The translations under genes were made by a program, and so were the position numbers. The notes beneath the pieces were generated by a model that made no database searches, had not been told where the DNA came from, and saw only the letters and a list, made by a program, of their open reading frames with translations. Below are positions 57,803 to 64,000 of a stretch of DNA of 64,000 nucleotides, piece by piece (position 1 is the first letter of the stretch; every line of letters begins with the position of its first letter). The stretch is taken from positions 73,655 through 137,654 of the forward strand of contig CALCDZ010000002.1 of NCBI GenBank assembly GCA_937900255.1. Reading direction: 5' to 3'. The stretch comes from an uncultured bacterium. GTDB lineage: Bacteria > Patescibacteriota > Patescibacteriia > SG8-24 > DYFX01.

Positions 57803-58315
57803 ATGACACCTGAAACCCAAACATCCGTCCTCGGCGCGCTCGGCGTCAACTGGAAGCTCTTCGTCGCCCAGCTGATCAACTTCGGCGTGGTCCTGTTCGT
57901 CATGTGGAAGTGGGTCTACACCCCGCTCCTCAAGGCGATCGACGCGCGCAGCGCCAAGCTCGACAAGGGCCTGAAGGACGCCGAAGCGGCGGCCGCGGCC
58001 AGGACCGGCGCCGAGAAATCTTCCGAAGAGGCGATCCTTTCCGCCAGGCGGGAAGCGCAGCGCATCCTGGAAGAGGCCCAGAAGCAGGCCGACGCGCAGC
58101 GCGCAGAAGCGAAAGCCAAGACGCGGGAGGAGCTGAAGGTCCTGGTGACCCAAGGCAAGGAAGCGCTCGCGTCCGAAAAGGAGAAGATGGTGCTCGAGGC
58201 ACGCTCCCAGATCGCCGAGCTGGCGGTCATGGCCGCGGCCAAGGCGCTGGGGGAGAAGATGACGGACGCGCAGAAGAAGGCCTTGCTTGAATCCGCCGCC
58301 AAGCACGCCGCCTGA
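57803..58315 (+). CDS. atpF: ATP synthase Fo subunit b
   Basis: AQLINF, Y.PL...ID.R, coiled coil. Confidence 0.95.
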   Translation: MTPETQTSVLGALGVNWKLFVAQLINFGVVLFVMWKWVYTPLLKAIDARSAKLDKGLKDAEAAAAARTGAEKSSEEAILSARREAQRILEEAQKQADAQRAEAKAKTREELKVLVTQGKEALASEKEKMVLEARSQIAELAVMAAAKALGEKMTDAQKKALLESAAKHAA

Positions 58316-58316
58316 T

Positions 58317-58712
58317 ATGCAGAACATCGCGCAATCCTACGGCGTCGCGCTCCACGAGATCGTGCGGGACCTGGACGAAAAAGACGCGGAGAAGGCCGTC
58401 AAGAAGTTCGTCGGCATGCTCAAGGAACGCAACGAGCTGTACCTCGCTTCCAAGGCCGTCGCGGCTTACGAACGCGAGGCGCGCAAGGCGGAGGGCATCG
58501 AGCGCGTGCGATTCGCTTCCGCCGAATCCGTGTCGGACGCCGAACGCCGCCGGATCTCGAAGGAACTCTCCGGGGCCATCGGCAAGCCGCTCGAGATCGA
58601 CTGGACGGCCGATGCCACGCTCGTGGCGGGAGCCGTCATCCGGTACGCCGACATCCTCGTCGACGCGTCCGTCAAAGGCAAGCTCGCCCGCCTGAAACAG
58701 CAACTCATCTGA
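58317..58712 (+). CDS. atpH: ATP synthase F1 subunit delta (short)
   Basis: [23 protein letters not shown]. Confidence 0.88.
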   Translation: MQNIAQSYGVALHEIVRDLDEKDAEKAVKKFVGMLKERNELYLASKAVAAYEREARKAEGIERVRFASAESVSDAERRRISKELSGAIGKPLEIDWTADATLVAGAVIRYADILVDASVKGKLARLKQQLI

Positions 58713-58713
58713 T

Positions 58714-60228
58714 ATGGCCACCAAAGATTTCATCGTCGAAAAACTGAAGGAGCAGATCGCCGGAGCGACGGTCGGCGTCAAGGTCGAAAAGGTCGGCGCC
58801 ATCGTCGAGGCGGGAGACGGCGTCGTGCGCATGACGGGCCTCACCGAAGCCATGTCTTCGGAAATGCTCGAGTTCCCGGGACCCGACGGCAAGGAACCGT
58901 CCTACGGACTGGCCCTCAACCTTGAGGAGGAGACGGTCGGCGCGATCGTGCTCGGGGAATCCGGTCACCTGAAAGAGGGGGATACCGTCCGTTCGACCGG
59001 CAAGATTCTCTCGATCGACGTCTCCGACGCCTTCATCGGCCGCGTGGTCGACCCGCTCGGCCGCCCGCTCGACGGCAAGGGGCCGATCAAGGGCGGCAAG
59101 CCGTATCCGATCGAGCGTGTCGCCCCGGGCGTCGTCACGCGCGAACCGGTCGGCGTGCCGCTCCAGACGGGCGTCAAGGCCATCGACGCCATGGTGCCGA
59201 TCGGCCGTGGACAACGCGAGCTGATCATCGGCGACCGCCAGACCGGGAAGACCGCCATCGCCGTGGATACCATCATCAACCAGAAGGGGGCGGGCGTCAT
59301 CTGCATCTACGTCGCGATCGGCCAGAAAGAATCGAAGATCGCCCGCATCAAGGCCAAGCTGGAAGAGGCCGGCGCCATGGACTACACCGTCATCGTCATC
59401 GCCGGCGCCTCTGACCCGGCTTCGATGTCGTATCTTGCGCCCTATGCCGGCGCGGCCATCGGCGAGTATTTCATGGACCAGGGCAAGGATGCGCTCGTCG
59501 TGTACGACGACCTCTCCAAGCACGCCTGGGCCTACCGCCAGATCTCGCTCATCCTGAAGCGCCCGCCGGGCCGCGAAGCCTACCCCGGCGACGTCTTTTA
59601 CCTGCACTCCCGTTTGCTCGAACGCGCTTGCCGCCTCGACAAGACCAACGGCGGAGGCTCCTTGACCGCCCTGCCGATCATCGAGACCCAAGCCGGTGAC
59701 GTCTCGGCGTACATCCCGACCAACGTCATTTCCATCACCGACGGCCAGATCTACCTGGAATCCGACCTGTTCTACCGCGGCATCCGCCCGGCCGTGAACG
59801 TCGGCTTGTCCGTCTCCCGCGTCGGCGGCGCCGCCCAAACGAAAGTCATGAAGAAGGTCGCCGGGCGCCTGCGCCTCGACCTCGCCCAGTTCCGCGAGCT
59901 CGAAGCCTTCGCGCAATTCGCCTCCGACCTCGACGAGACCACCAGGAAGCAGATCGAACGCGGACGCCGCACGGTCGAGATCCTCAAGCAGCCGCAGTAC
60001 GAGCCGATGCCCTTCGAACACCAGGCCGCCATCATCTACGCCGTGACGAACGGTCTCCTGGATGACGTCGAGATCGACGGCGTGCGCGCCTGGGAGGACG
60101 GCTTCCACCGCTACCTCAAGGCTTCGCGTGCCAAGATGATGGATGCGATGCGCGAGAAGCGCGCGCTGGAGCCGGAGATCGAGGCCGAGCTGAAGGAAGC
60201 GATCGCCGAATACAAGAAAACGATCTAA
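58714..60228 (+). CDS. atpA: ATP synthase F1 subunit alpha
   Basis: [29 protein letters not shown]. Confidence 0.98.
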   Translation: MATKDFIVEKLKEQIAGATVGVKVEKVGAIVEAGDGVVRMTGLTEAMSSEMLEFPGPDGKEPSYGLALNLEEETVGAIVLGESGHLKEGDTVRSTGKILSIDVSDAFIGRVVDPLGRPLDGKGPIKGGKPYPIERVAPGVVTREPVGVPLQTGVKAIDAMVPIGRGQRELIIGDRQTGKTAIAVDTIINQKGAGVICIYVAIGQKESKIARIKAKLEEAGAMDYTVIVIAGASDPASMSYLAPYAGAAIGEYFMDQGKDALVVYDDLSKHAWAYRQISLILKRPPGREAYPGDVFYLHSRLLERACRLDKTNGGGSLTALPIIETQAGDVSAYIPTNVISITDGQIYLESDLFYRGIRPAVNVGLSVSRVGGAAQTKVMKKVAGRLRLDLAQFRELEAFAQFASDLDETTRKQIERGRRTVEILKQPQYEPMPFEHQAAIIYAVTNGLLDDVEIDGVRAWEDGFHRYLKASRAKMMDAMREKRALEPEIEAELKEAIAEYKKTI

Positions 60229-60237
60229 CCGAACGCT

Positions 60238-61146
60238 GTGGGCGTCAACACGAAAGCCATCAATCGGCGGATCAAGTCCGTCGTCAACACCAAGAAGATC
60301 ACCAAGGCCATGGAGCTGGTGAGCGCTTCGAAGATGCGCAAGGCCGTCGCGGCCGTGCTGGCTTCGCGTCCCTACGCCCAGATGGCATGGAGCCTGGCCG
60401 GACGCCTGGAGCGGCGCGGTGAAGAGGCGCATCCGCTCACCGCCAAGCGCCCCGAAGTCAAGCGCACGCTGGCCTTCCTGCTGACGTCCGACCGCGGACT
60501 GTGCGGGGGGTTCAACGCCCAGGTCCTGCGCGTCGCCTCCGACTTCGTGAAGTCCCGTCCCGAAGGATCCGTCGACTTCGCTTCCATCGGGCGACGGGCA
60601 GAAGCTTGGGTCCGCCGCCGCAAGCTTCCCCTCAAGGCCTCGTTCGAAGGTCTCATGGCCGGAGCCGCGCCGCCAGCCACGAAAGTCCGACCGCTCGCGC
60701 GCTTGGCCAAGGACGGCTTCCTGAAGACGGACTACGACGAGGTCGTCGTCATCTACACGGACTTCGTCTCCTCGATCCTGCAGAAGCCGCGCGTGAAACC
60801 GCTCCTGCCGCTCCGGCGGGACGCGGACCTCGGCGAGGTCCAAGGCCATCGCCAGGAGATCGCGCCGAACGCCAAGATGGCGGGGGAGTACGCCTTCGAA
60901 CCGGACCCCGGAAGCGTGCTCGACGCCCTCCTGCCGCGCATCGCTGAAGCCCAGTTGTATCAGGCCGTGCTCGAATCGCTGGCCTCGGAACACTCGGCGC
61001 GCATGCTCGCCATGAAGAACGCCACCGACGCCGCCGCCGACATGATCGATGACCTCCGCCTCACCTTCAACCAAGGCCGACAAGCCGCCATCACCCAGGA
61101 GATCGCCGAAATCTCCGCCGGGCGCGCGGCGCTGGCGAACCGATGA
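60238..61146 (+). CDS. atpG: ATP synthase F1 subunit gamma (GTG start)
   Basis: KITKAMELVS, SDRGLCG, RMLAMKNAT, RQAAITQEI. Confidence 0.97.
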   Translation: MGVNTKAINRRIKSVVNTKKITKAMELVSASKMRKAVAAVLASRPYAQMAWSLAGRLERRGEEAHPLTAKRPEVKRTLAFLLTSDRGLCGGFNAQVLRVASDFVKSRPEGSVDFASIGRRAEAWVRRRKLPLKASFEGLMAGAAPPATKVRPLARLAKDGFLKTDYDEVVVIYTDFVSSILQKPRVKPLLPLRRDADLGEVQGHRQEIAPNAKMAGEYAFEPDPGSVLDALLPRIAEAQLYQAVLESLASEHSARMLAMKNATDAAADMIDDLRLTFNQGRQAAITQEIAEISAGRAALANR

Positions 61147-61355
61147 GTATGAAGGAACTCGCTTCTTACCCGACGGCGATCGACGCCAACCTCGACAAGG
61201 CCTTCCTGGAGAGCCAGGGGATCCCGACGCGTATCCTGGGCGAGCGCGTCGCGAACGCGGACCCGATGCTTGGGCTCGCGCTCGGCGTCAAGCTCCTGAT
61301 CGGCGAAAACGACCTCGAACGCGCGCGGCAGCTTCTCAAAGAAATTCGCACGTAA
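61143..61355 (+). CDS. DUF2007 (PII-like putative signal-transducing) protein
   Basis: A.L....LESQGI...I.GE...G VKLLI...D.ERA..LL. Confidence 0.75.
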   Translation: MSMKELASYPTAIDANLDKAFLESQGIPTRILGERVANADPMLGLALGVKLLIGENDLERARQLLKEIRT

Positions 61356-62726
<1,371 letters not shown>

Positions 62727-62730
62727 ACCC

Positions 62731-63171
62731 ATGAAACTCCTCGACTTCGAACTCACGACGCCTGAGCGCACCGTCCTCCGGACCAAGGTACGCCAGGTTT
62801 CGGTGCCCACGACCGAAGGCGAGATCACCGTGCTCTCCGACCACCTGCCGATCGTCGCGCCGATCCTGGCGGGGGAGATGCGGGTGGTCAGTGAAGACGG
62901 CATCGAATCGCTCATCGCCGTTTCCGGCGGGTTCGTGACCGTCCATCCCGGCAGCCGCTTGGAGATCTTGGCCGACACCGCCGAGCGGGCCGAGGAGTTG
63001 GACCTCAAGGCCATCGAAGAAGCCCATGCCCGAGCCGAAGCGGTGCTGAAGGAAAAGATCGACGACGAGGAACGTCAGGCCGAAGCCACCGCCAGCCTGG
63101 CCCGCGAACTGGCGCGCCTGAAGGTCGTACGTAAGCATCGATCCAAGCAGGGATTCCAGCGTCTGCCGTAA
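62731..63171 (+). CDS. atpC: ATP synthase F1 subunit epsilon
   Basis: TPE, P..EGE..VL..H.P, VSGGF, LAD.AE. Confidence 0.95.
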   Translation: MKLLDFELTTPERTVLRTKVRQVSVPTTEGEITVLSDHLPIVAPILAGEMRVVSEDGIESLIAVSGGFVTVHPGSRLEILADTAERAEELDLKAIEEAHARAEAVLKEKIDDEERQAEATASLARELARLKVVRKHRSKQGFQRLP

Positions 63172-63202
63172 AAAAGCCCCGCACTGAAAGGTGCGGGGTT
63201 TG
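63170..63202 (+). terminator. terminator of the atp operon
   Basis: aagccccgcac-tgaaag-gtgcggggttt. Confidence 0.8.
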
Positions 63203-63233
63203 CGTTCAAGGCGGGCAGTCTGCGGGACTTTGA

Positions 63234-63380
63234 CATGCGGCTGCGTCCGGACTATACGCCTCGTGGCCGCACCCCGGCGGCGAGGTCGAAGTCATCGACA
63301 TCCTCCTGTAGAAGGACGGGGAGAGCCTCGAAGCCTTCAAGGACCGCTGCCAGGAATTCGTCACGAACCGCTGCTCCTAG
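63234..63380 (+). pseudogene. possible gene remnant with internal amber stop
   Basis: Frame reads HAAASGLYASWPHPGGEVEVIDILL*KDGESLEAFKDRCQEFVTNRCS*; coding-like GC3 bias on both sides of TAG 63309-63311. Confidence 0.35.
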
Positions 63381-63438
63381 CCGTTGACAAAATCGGCTTT
63401 TCAGCGTATGCTCCGCTCATCTGAAACGGAGGAATCGG

Positions 63439-63768
63439 ATGAAGCGCACGACCTTTTGGAAGTCGGATCTCTGGAGGTACTGTGTCGGTTTCGGCCTGGT
63501 GGGCCTGTTGTTCGCGGTTGATGTCGTCATCCAGGCGATGCACGGCCAGTCGGGCGAGGCCGCCGGAAATGCCTTTGTGGCCGTGTTCCTGCTCGCCATC
63601 TCGCTGATTGTCGGCATCACCGATCGCAGTCCGGCCGCCAAGCACGACACGCGGATCGGCACGGGCGACCTGTCGAACGCCCACGCGCTGGCCTGGCAGG
63701 ACTCCTGCCTCAACCCCGGCACGGAGATCAACCGCTCTCGCACCCAGGACCCGCCGACCCTCGGCTGA
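63439..63768 (+). CDS. hypothetical membrane protein (2 TM)
   Basis: Promoter TTGACA-17-TATGCT (63384-63412), SD GGAGG, terminator-like hairpin 63780-63815. Confidence 0.7.
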   Translation: MKRTTFWKSDLWRYCVGFGLVGLLFAVDVVIQAMHGQSGEAAGNAFVAVFLLAISLIVGITDRSPAAKHDTRIGTGDLSNAHALAWQDSCLNPGTEINRSRTQDPPTLG

Positions 63769-63926
63769 CCATGCTGTACACCCCTGCCGCCCATGAGGCC
63801 GCGCAGGGTTCTTTCTTATCAGCCTTATCGACGGCGCCCAAATCGCGCGAGGGGTTGACGAGAAGGCCAAAAACGTGTACGCTCTCCTACGTCCGAAACG
63901 CTTGAACCTTCCAAAAACCGAGGTGG

Positions 63927-64000
63927 ATGATGCAGCAAGAATTGGGACTCTGGCCTCGAGTGCTCCAGTGGTGCAAGGAATATTCACTTCTTTTTGCGCA
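63927..64000 (+). CDS. start of a hypothetical protein, truncated by window end
   Basis: Promoter TTGACG-17-TACGCT (63855-63883), SD-like GAGGT, MMQQELGLWPRVLQWCKEYSLLFA... Confidence 0.5.
   Translation, partial: MMQQELGLWPRVLQWCKEYSLLFA

Overview
High-GC (roughly 60-65% by eye) bacterial chromosome segment using genetic code 11. Its features are most consistent with a Patescibacteria/CPR genome (Parcubacteria/ABY1, Uhrbacteria-like; inferred, not searched): a short AlaRS without the C-Ala domain, RpoA without the alpha-CTD, a CPR-type surface protein, many orphans, and core genes mostly lacking Shine-Dalgarno (SD) sites. It holds housekeeping blocks (rlmN-mnmA, alaS, infA-rpmJ-rpsMKD-rpoA-rplQ-rplM-rpsI, nrdB-nrdA, cca-thiI, rsmI-metG, a complete F1Fo ATP synthase operon), many redox/oxidative-stress genes, and lexA with direct-repeat operator candidates. 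No tRNA, rRNA, CRISPR or transposase was seen. The most striking observation is two apparent classes of expression signal. Core genes are SD-less with a T immediately before ATG, and several are apparently leaderless. About eight scattered stand-alone accessory genes instead carry their own sigma70-like promoter plus a strong SD and lack the -1 T. They encode divergent homologues of enzymes unexpected in CPR, notably a class I terpene cyclase and a non-RD Hanks kinase, plus a PNP, DUF218, SemiSWEET and orphans.
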